NCBI GenBank assembly: GCA_951406725.2
Contig: OX597824.1
Location: forward strand, 71,114,001-71,178,000
Length of the DNA stretch: 64,000 nt
DNA from: Octopus vulgaris
Lineage: Eukaryota
Direction of reading: 5' to 3'
Made by a program: the position numbers and the translations under genes
Notes under the pieces: generated by a model
The model's database searches: none
What the model was told of the DNA's origin: nothing
The model's input: the letters and a program-made list of their open reading frames with translations, nothing else
In this document: positions 44,075 to 57,303 of the stretch, in pieces
Layout: each line of letters starts with the position of its first letter
Position numbering within the stretch: the first letter of the stretch is position 1

Positions 44075-44319
44075 CCTGTTGATGTAGAAATTCCTATAAA
44101 GGAGCCTTGGATCTAGGTTAGAGATCGGCTCTTTCTCTATTGGCAAGAAATCTTGAAATAAAACTGAACAATGACATACATACATACGTACATACATACA
44201 TACGTACGTACGTACGTACGCACGTATGTCCGTACGTACATACATGCATACATACATACATACATACATACATACATACATACATAAGCACGCATACAGA
44301 GATAGCGAGAGAGAGAGAT

Positions 44320-44424
<105 letters not shown>

Positions 44425-44844
44425 TGTGTATAAGTTTGGTAACTTCCAACTTCTGGCCAGCAAAAACTACTGAAACACGTGACTGAAAGACGGAGCGAGT
44501 ATTCAGATATGCGTTCTGGATAAGAAATCAGATGACGCTCGTTGGTGCCCTTAACTAGTCAGGCGTCATATCATTGCGGTAACGGGGTGAAGCCGGGTTG
44601 CAAGTGTGAAGTTGTGAACTCTACCGGATGCTCCAGTTCCCTACCACTCCCACACTTCTTTCCTACCACACCACCTTACCTTACGTTACACTTGTAGTAC
44701 AGTGGCCTGGTTATATCAGCTCTTGTTTGTTTACGTGTGTATTACGTGCCAAGGAGGGGGGAAATCTGTTCGTGGTCGCTTGACCTAGTAGAAATAGCAC
44801 CCAAACCCCCACTGAAATTACACATTGCGCGTCATTAATAGATT

Positions 44845-44974
44845 AGAGAGAGAGAAAGAGAGAGGGGGGAGAGAGAGAAAGAGAGGGAGGGAGAGAGAAG
44901 GAAGGAAGGAAAGAAGGAAGGAAGGAAGGAAGGAAGGAAGGAAGGAAGGAAGGAAGGAAGGAAGAAGGAAGAAA

Positions 44975-45028
<54 letters not shown>

Positions 45029-45270
45029 GAGAAAGAAAGAGAGAAAGAAAGGAGGGAAGGAAGGAAGGAAGGAAGGAAAGGGATGAAGAAAAGGAAGGAA
45101 AGGGATGAAGAAAAGGAAGGAAGGTAGGGAAGAAAGAAAGAAGAAAAGAAGGAAGAAAAGAAGGAAAGAGAAAAAGGACGAATGAAACGAAGGAAGAAAA
45201 GAAGGGTGAAAAGAAAGAAGAAAAGGAATGGATGGATGAAGGAGGGAAAGGAAGGAAAGAACGAACGAAC
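44845..45270. repeat. Polypurine (GGAA/GAAA)n tract
   Basis: Direct inspection. Confidence 0.9.
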
Positions 45271-45499
45271 GATATATTATTTGATGTGATCCGGCGACGG
45301 CAGCGGCGGCGGTGGTCGTCGTCGTTGTGAGGGTCGGGCAATGGGGGTGAGAGCAGGGTACGTGGTGACTGGTGGTATGTTGATTATGGCAGGAATTGTG
45401 ATAGTGATGATGGTAGCGATAGCGGTGATGACAGTGATGATGGTGGTGGTGGTGTTTAGTGTTGTTCTTGTTGCTGCTACTGCTGGTGGTGGTATGTTG

Positions 45500-46946
45500 A
45501 TGATGATGATGATGATGATGAACGAACAATTCCGATCATTCTCACATCTAGGAGAGGGTCCCTTAAGTACAAGTTCTATATCTTAAGGTGGGTGGACTGG
45601 AAGCAACGGGGTGCTTCCCCAAACATCCCTAACATCACGCACTCACCTCTCCCGCCCTCCCTCCTCTCTCTCTCTCTCCATGTCTCCTTTTCTAGGAGTA
45701 ATAGTGGTGGTGTTGGTGGCGGTTGTAGTAGTATGTTAGTGATAATAATGGTTGTAGTGGCGAACGTGATGATGATGATGATAATGATGATGATGATGAT
45801 GTTGGCAGTAGCGATAGTGGTGAAGGTGGATGTGGGGGTGGAGTATGATGATTGTGGTGATGGTAGTAGTGGTGGTGGTGGTGATGGCGATGGTAGTGAT
45901 GGTGGTGGTAATGGTGGTGGTGGTAGTGGCGATGGTGGTAGTAGTGATCGCTGTGATGGTGGTGGGTGTGGTAATGATGACGGTGGTAGTGTAGGTAGTT
46001 GTAGTGATAGTGATCGTTGTGGTGGTGGTAGTGGTGGTGGTAGTGGTGGTGGTAGTGGTGGTGGTAGTGGTGGTGGCGATGGTGGTGGGTGTGGTAATGA
46101 TGACGGTGGTAGTGTAGGTAGTTGTAGTGATAGTGATCGTTGTGGTGGTGGTAGTGGTGGTGGTGGAGGTGGTGGTGGTGGTCGTCGTCGTCGTCGTCGT
46201 CATCGCCATCGAAATCGTCGTCGTCGTCGCCATTGCTATCGTTGCCATCTCTATCGTCGCCATCTTGATAGTGATGGTAATGACGGTAGTAATGGTGGTG
46301 GTGGTGGTGGTGGTGGTGGTTAGTGGTGAAGGTAGTCCCATGGGAGTGCTTGTTCGTAGGTTCAAATATTACGAGATGCACAAACTACCGACTCCAAACA
46401 GTGCGAAAGAACTTAACCGTTGGATGAGCCTTGCTTCCGCCAGTTCGTTTCTATTCAACTATCTACAACCGATAACCCCGTTATCATTGACCTGTTGTCA
46501 CCACCATCACGGCAACTATCATCACCAGTATACCACTAACACCATCACCACCCTCACCATTAGCATTGCCGGTATGCTACCAACACCACCACCACCTTCA
46601 CCATTATTATTATTACCAACATAGCACCACCACCACCACCACCACCAACCTCACCATTATCATCACTAGTACGCCACCGCCACCACCATCACCACCACTA
46701 CCACCACCATCACTACAGCTATTATCACCAACATACCCTCACCAACACCGCCGCCCACTCGGCATTATTATCACGAGTATGCTACCACTATCACCACCAC
46801 CACCACCACCACCACTACCACCACTACTACCATCACTACTACTCTCATTGCTAACATACCACTACCACCTCCATCAACATCACCACTATTATCACCACCA
46901 CCACCATTACTATCAGAGAAAGAAAAGAAACAAAAAAGAGAAAGAG

Positions 46947-46998
<52 letters not shown>

Positions 46999-47160
46999 AT
47001 GGATATGAGTACGTGATGTTAGGGATGTTTGGGAAGTACTCCTCACCCCGCTTCCAATCCATCCACCTCGCACCTCAAGATGTGGAACTTCTACTTAAGG
47101 AACCCCCGTGTTAGTTGTGAGAATGGCTGGAATTGTTATCATCATCATCATCAACATCAT
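45500..47160. repeat. Large imperfect inverted repeat with unique outer arms and complementary trinucleotide inner arms
   Basis: 45525-45645 is the reverse complement of 47006-47137; GGT/GAT-rich left side, ACC/ATC-rich right side. Confidence 0.75.
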
Positions 47161-48016
47161 TACCACCATCACCTATAACAACAACAACAAACCACCACCA
47201 CCACCTAACAACGGGTTACTGGAGGATTTCAGAGTTCGGTCCCGAGGGATGGGATCATGCAACATGGCTTACCACGTCCGATGAAAACGCTAAGATCGTT
47301 AAAATAGGTATTAGATTATGTATTGTCTTTTCTCTTTTCTTCTCTCCTTTTTCTTTTTCTTTCTTTTTTTTGTTGCTCAGGAAGGCAGAACTTTTGACCC
47401 CTTACAGGGCCTCTGAGATTGGTGGGAAAATGAGAGAAAGGGATCCCCAAACAAGAGACATGGTCTGATTGCTTGAAGCAAAGTAGACTCCGCTAAAGGC
47501 ACTCTAGGTGGCAGGAGTTGATGTTAAACCGGGCGACTCTTTGAGTCTACTACTCAAGTAGACCATGGTGGGACTTGAACTGAGACTGCAAAGAGCTGAA
47601 ACGAATAACAAAAGGCACCCAGTTCGACATTTTACAATTCCGCCAATCCATCGCCCTGAATTAGATTTTTTTTTGTCGATCCTGAAAGGATAAAAGGCAA
47701 GGTTGACTTCGACAAGATTTGAGCTCAGAGATCCGAAACAATTGCCTCGAGGCATCCTATGCATCATCCTGAAACCTCTGTTTATACACCACCTTGTAAA
47801 GTGGCGTGGTATATCATTACTAGCTTATCTGTGTTGCGTGTGGGCCAGGCCTATCTGTCCATACTGGTCAATTTTGGAACGGTGCGGAATTCGAACACAG
47901 AGATCTGGAATAGATACTGCAAAGCTTCTTATCCGACGCACGAACCATTTCGCCAATTCACTGCTCTTGACTTGCTTTATGATAGAAATATCTTCGGTGA
48001 CTGACTCAAACATTTA

Positions 48017-49471
48017 CCGTATTTTCCGGTGAATAAGCCCTATTTTTCACCTGGGAAATTTAATGTGCGACTTATAGAGAGGTGCGCCTAATGTGGGAAA
48101 TAATTGTGTATGGAGATCGAATGTTTCAACTGATATTTTCAGAGGAAAGGTCGGTCGGCGAACAACGTGAAAGACTACTGCTACAGTACATTGGTGCCCA
48201 GAAAAAAACAAGGCATATTTATTTTGTTTTAACTTCATGTTTTGATAATGTTATTTTGAATCTAATAAAGACCTTAATATTGACGAAATGTGTTCGTTGT
48301 TGATTATAGTAAGATAAAATCATAACAATAACAATATATCTATAGCGGACCCTCTCTCTCTCTCATGAGTACGGACGTAGTAGATAACAGCTAGTCTTCG
48401 GCCGCTCTTTTGCATCCTGTTGTGCCCACTACTCTTGCTCTATTGCGCGCCAATGTGCAACCCAACCAATCGCAGCCTTCTGATAGGGTCACGTGAGACA
48501 GTCTCTTCCAAACATTCAGGTGAGCCGATAACTTGCTATAAAATGCTAGCTTTTGCACCGTCTGACGTCTTTAGGTTCTAGACCTTCTGAAGTCTGAAGT
48601 CTAACCACTGACCACAGAGCACACAGCCAGTTCCAGCGACAACACCTGTAGCCACATTGGAGACTCAACATTCGTCCAACAGCATACAGCAATGTCTATC
48701 TCCGTCGCCTTCATCTTAACGTCGACAACAACACCTCTCTACGTACACAGCAACCAGTAACACTCGCTCAGGTTCAATCTCCTCACTGTTTGTGAATTAC
48801 TTCACCATGGTTAACAGCAAATATAACCTGCGAGAACTTCCTGTATCAAGTGACCAGAAGCAGCATAGTAGCCAAATCTTCACGCACATGTGCCTCAACC
48901 GACTCTGCTTCTTCGCCACAACTTCTTGTTATAGCACTTCAACTATCATGTACCCTGACTACAAACTGGCATTTATTTTCCTTGTATCTGAACATTCTTC
49001 TAGCGTCCTATTATAGACTCTTTCATTGCTCTGTACTTATCGCACACGCATACATCCATGTTTCTACATACACACTTTGTATACATGACGGCTTGTCTAT
49101 TATTATGCATATATGACGCACACACAGACACACGTATTAACCTATAAATAAAATCTTCTCTTAAACCTTCTACCGGTTGTGCCTCTCTTTTCCTTCTGGC
49201 ACTCGTTCTCATTTATCCTTTTCTGCATTTATTGTAATCGACCGTGTGGTGTACTAAAGGAGCCATTCATCGTCACCTCTACTTCGCACAGTCGTTCTAC
49301 ATATCCCATAGTTGTAAAACAAATTTTGAAACTACATACTAGCTAGCTATGGACCCGTAGCTCTATATAAAGCTAGCTTCGGCCTCGGTGCGCTTTATGT
49401 GTGGATAAAACATAAGTTTTCCCCAAATTCGGCTTAAATACCGATGCGTTTTTATAGACCGGAAAATACGG
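48017..49471. mobile_element. pogo/Tc2-like non-autonomous DNA transposon with TA duplication
   Basis: TA|CCGTATTTTCCGGT ... ACCGGAAAATACGG|TA. Confidence 0.8.
48341..49301 (+). mobile_element. Solo LTR (gypsy-type, 4-bp TSD)
   Basis: TATC on both sides; ends TATAG (probably from TGTAG) ... CTACA; CCAAT 48450 and 48466, CACGTG 48490, TATAAAA 48537, AATAAA 49147. Confidence 0.7.
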
Positions 49472-50024
49472 TACATCATGTTATTTTCTCTGGTGAAATG
49501 GTTTGCTACAGAAACAATTGTAAGAAGATATATTATTGAATAGCTCTACCTTGCTTTTCTATGATTAATATAAGACGTAAAGCGGATAGAATCGTTAGCA
49601 CGTCGGACAAAATGCTTCGCGGCAATTTGTCCGTCTTTACGTTCGGGTTGGGGAAGGCGGCGAGCTTGCAGAATAGTTAGCACGCCGGGCGGAATGCTTA
49701 ACGGCATTTCGCCTGTCTTCACGTTCTGAAATCAAATTCCGCCGGCGTCGAGTTAGTCTTTCATCCTTTCAGGGTCAATAAATTAAGTACCCATGAAACA
49801 CTGGGATCAATGTAATCGACTAGTCCCCTCCCCAAAATACCAAACTTAGCGGTTTGACAAAAAAGACCGATAGAATAATCATAAGGCTTATAAAGAATAA
49901 GTCCTGGAGTCGACTTCTTCGACTAAATAATACATTTAAGGCGATGCTCCAGTATGGCTGCAGTCTAATGACTGAAACAAGTAAAAAATAAAAGATATTA
50001 CTGACAAGAAAGTAAATTTGGAAC

Positions 50025-50190
50025 GCAGTATAGCTGTGAAAACAGGAGAGAAAGATTAGGTATTTACCCTTAGAAGATGGAAAAAATTTGTCAGCAGGAG
50101 GCTGCGGGGTGTCGAATCCCGCAACCGTCAGATACCAGCTAAGTGCTACAGCCATTAAGCTAAACGGTCCCTGGCAACAATCACCGTCCA
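50025..50190 (-). repeat. Repeat with an internal tRNA-like module
   Basis: GTTTAGCTTAATGG...GGATTCGA...TGACAAATTTT...TAAGGGTAA...ATACTGCGTTC shared with 52950-53115. Confidence 0.6.
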
Positions 50191-51653
50191 TTTTTCAAAT
50201 GTGAGAACATTATATGAAGAAACTTTGGAAGCACCGAATGTGTTTGTATTTCATGCCAGCAGGTGGCTACTAGGAGCAGGTATACTTACGCTACGTAAAG
50301 ACGACGATCTACATTGGTACAGCTCCAGCATAATGAATTGAAAAGCCTTTCATCCTTTTGGGGTCGATGAAAGAAGTACCAGTTACGCACTGGGGTCGAT
50401 GTAATCGACTAGCCTCCTTTCCCACCAAAATGTTCAAGGCCTTGTTGCCTAGAGAAGAAACAATAAAGAATTGAAATACAAAAAAAAAATTAATAAATAA
50501 AATAAGTAAAAAGCGTATGGTAAAACCAACATGGTAAAGGCAGGGACAGTGTTCATCACGTTCAAGGCTCTCTCGGACTAATGAAATTAAGGTGGTTGGT
50601 GCTACTCTTAAACAGCTGTTACTCAACGACTGTAGTGGAGGGCGTATAAAAAACCTTACAGTGGTTTGACGGTTTGCGAAAGAAAAGGCTAGGTATAAGG
50701 ATTAGGTACCTTATTAGAGGTTCTTACGATAGCCATAGAGTTGTGTTCTCGGCGAAACTGCTGTGAGGCACAGGTTCGATACCCCGCTGATCCATTTCAC
50801 TGGGTACTTCATACCCGAAAGTTTGTCGAGTGCTGTGTGTTGAGTGGTGTTGGTTGAGAGATTGTCCTTACCAAGCAGAAAAAAGGGATGACTTGTATAA
50901 ATATAATCGTCCAGGTGTCGATGGGATATTTCTGTTTGCCTTCTTTGTAAGCTGTGTGTGACATTCCAGCAAGAATACACACACACACACACACACACAA
51001 ATACACACATACTCTCACACAAATATATCATCCACTAAACTCCCACGCAACACGTACACACATATGAATTACCAACACAACACCATGCAGAGACATACAC
51101 CACACACACACACAAACACAATTTACACTACATTCACAAATAATAAATAGCAAATGGATCTTCCGTCGGTTTCAACGACGACTATCCAGTTCCTCGATCA
51201 ACTGAATTAACTACTATTTATTGCATTAGCATGTGAAGTGGCCGAGTATTCCATAGAGATATGTGTCATTAACATAATATTCAGGCGGAATCAGAGTGAC
51301 TTTGTGTGGAACAAAGCTGAACATTTGAATTAGAGGCTTCTACACAGTTTTCGCCCACCTTATAGTACGGAAAACGCTTGGGTCGACTAGTCTAAGACTC
51401 TTGTCCATCATGATGCCTCCTAGTGAGATCATGCCCGGGACACCTCATGAATGCGGAGTATATTTATCTATCACCTGGTCATTTTGCCGAACTCTTTCGT
51501 AACGGGGACGTAAACAGACCAACATGGACTGTCAAGATGTAGAACGCAATACACATACATATATAATGATTATATTGATCCTTTCTACTATAGGAATAAA
51601 ACCTGAAATTTTTGGAGGAGGGGGCTAGTCGATTACATCGATCCCAGTGCTCA

Positions 51654-51888
51654 ACGGCGAGCTGGCAGAAACGTTAGCACGCCGGTCGAAATGCGTAGCC
51701 GTGTTTCGTCTGCCGTTACGTTGTGAGTTCAAATTCCGCCGAGGTCGACTTTGCCTTTCATCCTTTCGGGGTCGATTAAATAAGTACCAGTTACGCACTG
51801 GGGTCGATATAATAGACTTAATCCGTTTGTCTGTCCTTGTTTATCCTCTCTGTGTTTAGCCCCTTGTGGGTAGTAAAGAAATAGGTAT
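51654..51888 (+). mobile_element. SINE family B, full length, young
   Basis: Near-identical to 12423-12655. Confidence 0.9.
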
Positions 51889-52129
51889 TTATTTCATCGC
51901 CCACCTCCCCCCAACCCGAAATAGTCCTTTCTACTGAAAGTACAAGGCCTTTAAATTTTGGGGAGGTTGGCGAGAGAGGTTTTCGGAGATTGGCGAGAAA
52001 GATTGGCGGAGGCTGGTGAGAGAGGTTATGTAAATTTATGAATGAAGTGTTTGAAGAAAGTGCAATAATAACGTTCAGACTCATTGATGGTCGCTCTCAG
52101 TAACTGCCTTTAGCTTACGGAGTTCTTGC

Positions 52130-52546
52130 TTTTATAACTATCGAAAAGCAGCCAGAAGAACAGACATATTGTTGAGAACAAATGATTTCGTTGGAGGTCT
52201 GTTATTTCCATTCCAGCCCCTGATGTCCTAGAAAAGGTTAGAAGGGTCAAGCGGCAAAGACATTATTTTGCTTAACGAAGGCATCTGCAGCCTATTTAAC
52301 ATCAAGATGATTACTGTAGTCAGTTGTTGGATTGTGCTTGAATGCTGACATTGACCAACGTGAGGAGCATGACCTTGAGTAGGAACGTCGTGCAGCCCTT
52401 TGCTGAGTTCTAGCCTCCAGTCGTTGTTGTCTTTCTCCTGTAGCCTCCGTAGCGCGCACAGCAGCAGTTGCTGCAGCATCTCTTGTAAGTCGAACTGCGC
52501 GTTGATTATCATAGTTCAGTAAGCTTCCAGTATAGGGTTTATTCAA
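52130..52546 (-). pseudogene. Helitron RepHel N-terminal relic
   Basis: RATEATGERQQRLEAR...AARRS...SAFKHNPTTDYSNHLDVK resembles ETxEQRxxRL...AFxYxPxxDY...V.IG; downstream LPLDP and FVLNN...AAF remnants; stops and deletions. Confidence 0.55.
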
Positions 52547-52595
52547 CTACTGTACTTAGTAGTGTTACTAGTTGTGATATACAGAGCATATTTAG

Positions 52596-52899
52596 TGGAA
52601 AATTAAGATAAGCACCACCAGCATAAATATTTAGTCTCTACGTACGTTTCACCATTGCAGTTATTTGGAACTCAGCGTCGGATGTTTAAAGTTCATTTGG
52701 ATGCCTGGCCGCAATGGATCATCAGGAGAACATTTTTCTTCATTCTGTTACAAAATGCAATAAAGTGTTCCTCAGATAATCCACTGCGGTCAGACAACCA
52801 AATGCACTTGAAACATCCGATACTGAGTTCCAAATAACAGCAATGGGGAAACGTACATAGAAACTAAATATTTATACCGGCGTTTATCTTAATGTTCCA
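52596..52899. mobile_element. MITE/fold-back with ~100 bp inverted arms
   Basis: 52596-52700 is the reverse complement of 52798-52899. Confidence 0.8.
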
Positions 52900-52968
52900 G
52901 TGTGTGTGTGTGTGTGTGTGTCCACTGACAATTTTTTCCGTCTAAATCGGCGGGTGAAATTGTTAGCG

Positions 52969-53040
52969 GGCAGTTTAGCTTAATGGTAAAGCACTCAGCT
53001 GGAGTCTTGGGGGCTGTGGATTCGAGTCACATGGCTGTTT
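52969..53040 (+). repeat. tRNA-like pseudogene module within a dispersed repeat
   Basis: D arm GCTT/AAGC, GGA at the anticodon position, wobble-rich acceptor GGCAGTT/GGCTGTT, imperfect T arm; unlikely to be a functional tRNA. Confidence 0.55.
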
Positions 53041-53474
53041 GTTGACAAATTTTCCCACTTTGTAAGGGTAATTTACCCCTTATTTCTGCTGTTCTAACAG
53101 CAATACTGCGTTCGGAAAAATATCATCATCTTGTTCGCATCGTACAATTCACATTTCGACGCTTCTAATAAAAAACAAAAAACAAATGTAAGCTTGTTTA
53201 TATATGTATATACACACACGCACCATTAAGTTGTAGGCTCTAAATAATCCTGGCAATTAATTTGGAAGCACTCCAATACATATCAGGCTGAGTACTCAGA
53301 AAGAATATAAGTACTTTCAATCAATCAATGAGTCAGAATAGCGGTCAGTATGATGTTAACCAATTATAAAATCATATTAAACATCCTGTAAACTAATTTA
53401 AGCAGCCGTGATGCACTGCACATATTACATGGTGTTTAATACAGCAAAAGAACAAGAATGCACAGCTAAGATGA

Positions 53475-53695
53475 TTACTACACGCGTTTCCACAGTGAAG
53501 CCATTTATTCAATAATGCATATTATATGCTATTACGTAACGCTACATTCTCACACAATCGTTTGATTTTGCTGGTAAAAGGTTCAATATTACCTGACGCA
53601 ATGATGGAGTTATGAAATAATGTTAAGTTATGTAGTGTCGTGTCATATTATGCACTGTTGAATAAATGACTACACTATGGAAACGAGTGTAGTAA
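53475..53695. mobile_element. MITE with ~55 bp imperfect TIRs
   Basis: TTACTACACGCGTTTCCACAGTGAAGCCATTTATTCAA / TTGAATAAATGACTACACTATGGAAACGAGTGTAGTAA. Confidence 0.7.
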
Positions 53696-53856
53696 AGATT
53701 TGCTACTATGATTAAAGTTCTCAGTACATAAATTAGAGTGGATATCTTTGATTATTAAGATAATGGCTCTAGCTAAACTAGTATGCATGTGTGTGTGTAT
53801 AACACACACACACACACACATACACGCATAAGTATTAGATATTCACGTGTGTGTGG

Positions 53857-53937
<81 letters not shown>

Positions 53938-53997
53938 TGTATACAAACGGAATTGAATGAACCCGGTGCTAGAAGCTAATGAACTATTCGTAAAATT

Positions 53998-54360
53998 CAT
54001 GACGATGATGATGATGACGGCGGTGACAGCGGTGGAGATGGTGGCGACGGTGACAAAAATGGCGACGACGATAATGTTGATGATGATGATAATGATGATG
54101 ATGACGACGACGAAGTCAACGTTGATGATGATGACGATAATTTCGGAGAAGGTTATGACGATAATTTACGATGGTAATGGTGATATTTAATACGATAACG
54201 ATATTTAATATTATCGATGATGATGATGATGATGATGAAAAGAAGAAGAAGAAGAAGAAGAAGAAGAAGAAGAAGAAGAAGAAGAAGAAGAAGAAGAAGA
54301 AGAAGAAGAAGAAGAAGAAGAAGAAGAAGAAGAAGATCATCATCATCATCATCATCATGA
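53998..54360. repeat. (GAT)n / (AAG)n / (ATC)n tract
   Basis: Direct inspection. Confidence 0.9.
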
Positions 54361-56260
54361 AGGGTAGGAAGATGTGGAGGAAGGGCAGAACGACAGCGCA
54401 AATCTGGAAATGTTTTCATGTCAATCATATAAAAACATGTGTCGACTGTATGACTCCGGAAAGAAACCTGAGATGATAAAACAAATATATATATTTATTT
54501 ATTTATTTATTGTGAATGGCATCCCCAGGGGTGAGAATAATACTTTAAGTAGAAAAAGAACAAACCTTCGAAATAATGATTTTAAAAAGATAATATCAAA
54601 AATAAATCAACAAATAAAATGAATTCATTGTAGAAAACACATTAAGAGCCTTGTTACAATACTTGGAATTCAAATGAAAATAGTTTCATAAAAACAGAAG
54701 ATAAGACAGGAAGTGGATAAACGTAATAAAATCTGGAGCCAAGACGGTGGGTGAGGGAAGCGGGGCTACGGAAGAGAATTTATGGCAGCTAAATTTCCCT
54801 CATACCACATCATCCCGTTTTAGAAAGGAAAATGAGAAAGGTGCTTTGGATATAGATATAAGTGGTAAAAAAACGGGATGGTCACAGATGGAATAGCTCT
54901 TATGAGATCTGTTGGATCAAGGCTGAAAGAACGCTCGAGTTAACACCAAAGCCTGGTCATTAAATCAATCTTTGTCACGGATAATAGCACAAAAGATAAA
55001 AGCGGAATGGTCATGAATGGAAGAACTTTAATTATAGATTTGTTAGATCTGGCATCCGGTTTAACACAACCGTTTTGTTTTTCATAGGTGGAGGGTCTTG
55101 GGAGGATTGAAAAGGAGGTGGGGAAAATTGCCGTGTTTAATAAAAAAAAATGTATGAGCGCACGTTTTGATGCAGTCTGATGAAGTGTCTCTCCGTTATA
55201 ATCGACTGTTATAGCTTTTAGTTGAGCTATTTGTAAAATAACAACAGACGTTGATCTGTTGAACTGTTGCTTTTTTGTTTGTTTATTTTTGTTTTGTTTT
55301 TTTTTTTTGGCGCGTCAAACATTTACAAACGTGAGAAAGAGCGATCCGCCCCTAAAGCCCAAGTCTTGTTAAATGCCTCATCGGAAGTGCCTTGTTTTTT
55401 CTGCCGACCTGTTCAACAATTAGTCTGCTGTAATAGTCCTCCTCTACAGTTCGCCTTTTACGAGCTCATGATCAATGCCAAACACCGCATATATTAAGTA
55501 TTCACATGAAATTATCGCCGTGCAATGACGTTAAACATTTGTAGCTAGTAATAAATACGTGCTAAAATCTTTCTTCGTCTTCTTATTTAAATTATACATT
55601 ACTCTTTGTAAGACCTACTCATTGAATTTACGAGCGGTACAACTAGATTTATCACCAGAAAACCTTGTGTCTTCCTTGAGATTCCATTTCGAGAGTATAG
55701 ATAGATAGGCGATCAGGTTGAGAGCTGCATTGGAAATATTCTTTTTAACTCAATCAAAAAGGGTTTTTATAAGGAACTGTAGGCTCAAAACAGGGTAGAG
55801 AACAGGCTGTCCCACATGATCGTATTTAGGGACTCCGACTGGTTATACACGGCAAGTTGGCGCGACAGAGTAAGAGATAAATTGCACCAATACCAACTAA
55901 TCATAGTAGTGAATACAACGGGATCCAAATAGCGACCAAAGGCTAGCTGTTCCCTGTTACGTTCGAATACACGTATATATAATAAAGGAAGAGAGGGATT
56001 TCACCAGAATCTACGCTACGGTTCAAACAATTCCGCTAATTTACTGACCCAAACTAACACTTTAATTATCGACTTTGAAAGGAAAAAAAATAATAAAGTT
56101 GAACCTGACCAGATTTGAACTCAAAACGAAGAGAGTTGGAACTCTCCAAGTAATAGTTACCTTACTAGCTTAATTACTATACAACAAATCAATCAAAATA
56201 ACATATCATTGACAAATCCTTAACAATTATTCACATAATTACAAAGGATTTGTTTCAAAT

Positions 56261-56475
56261 CGGTGGTTCTCAACTGGGGTCCGTATAAAATTTTGTGGTT
56301 AAAATTTTGTGGTTAAAATTCATGTATAATAAATTGTTTATATTTGTACCATACACGGATTATTTTTTTATACAATTATTTATAATATTTAATTATAAAA
56401 CACTGTAGTCTTTATATATATATACATTGAATGGCTATAGAAGTTCATAGGCAAAAAAATTATCAAGAACCACTG
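56261..56475. mobile_element. hAT-type MITE
   Basis: CGGTGGTTCT / AGAACCACTG termini; 8-bp flanks TTTCAAAT and TTTTAAAT. Confidence 0.65.
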
Positions 56476-56765
56476 TTTTAAATAAAAGAGTATTAACTTA
56501 GCAAATATAAGTATATATACTAGTTTATAGCTATAAATCACGCGCAACCCATTATATATTATATATCCACATCATGTTAAGTTTATAATTAATTATCGGT
56601 ATTTATTAAAGCTTTCTATTCGACTCGCTTGAGATTCGGTCAATTTGCCGCTCAAAATAATGTAGGAGTTAATTGTTACTAATTTTGGCACAAAGCCAGC
56701 ATAATTTTAAGGTGTTGGGTGGATTATTTTATTGCTTTGAACCAGTACGAGACTGATACTTTATT

Positions 56766-57303
56766 GCCCAGGATATTAATCGTCTGGAAACCGTTCAGCG
56801 ACGTGCAACCAAGAGAATACCCTCCATCAGGCATTTGCCATATTCTGAACGCCTTACTTCCCTGAGCATGGATACATTGAAACTCCGACGTCTGGCAGCT
56901 GACTTGGCAGACACCCATAAAATTATTAACCATCTTACAAACTGAGCCCCTTTTCAGACTCCACCTGTCGAACACCCGTGGACATGTTTACAAAGTCAGA
57001 AAACAGCACAGCTCCCATGACTTTCGGAAACATTTTTTCACGCTAAGAGTTGCTGAAGTATGGAACAAACTGCCGGCATCAATTGTTAGTTGTCGGAGCA
57101 CTGCATCCTTCAAAACTTCCATGCTTCCTGAGATTCGCCAACACTACACCTGATTTTCTCCCCTCCATACACACGCAAGCATGTATCTGACTCATACACA
57201 TTCGTTTCCCAGACATTTGTACATTACTGTATATGCTTTATACGCACTTTTGATAAGTTGCGGTGCACCTGAGTACTGTATACAATAATTTCATCATTAT
57301 TAT
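56766..57303 (+). mobile_element. CR1-clade LINE 3' fragment with 3' UTR
   Basis: DINRLETVQRRATKRIPSIRHLPYSERL...LKLRRLAADL..THKII...TRGH.YKV...RKHFFTLRVAEVWNKLP...FK. Confidence 0.9.

Noticed and set aside
45592-46381. Long Gly/Asp/His/Thr-rich ORFs resembling structural proteins
   Set aside because: Open in several frames on both strands, composed of trinucleotide repeats, with no splice or start support.
52969-53040. Possible tRNA-Ser(GGA) gene
   Set aside because: Mismatched anticodon stem, irregular T arm, no long variable arm, and a diverged paralogous repeat copy.
55177-55210. CAGT-CTGATGA...ACTG
   Set aside because: No GAAA core.
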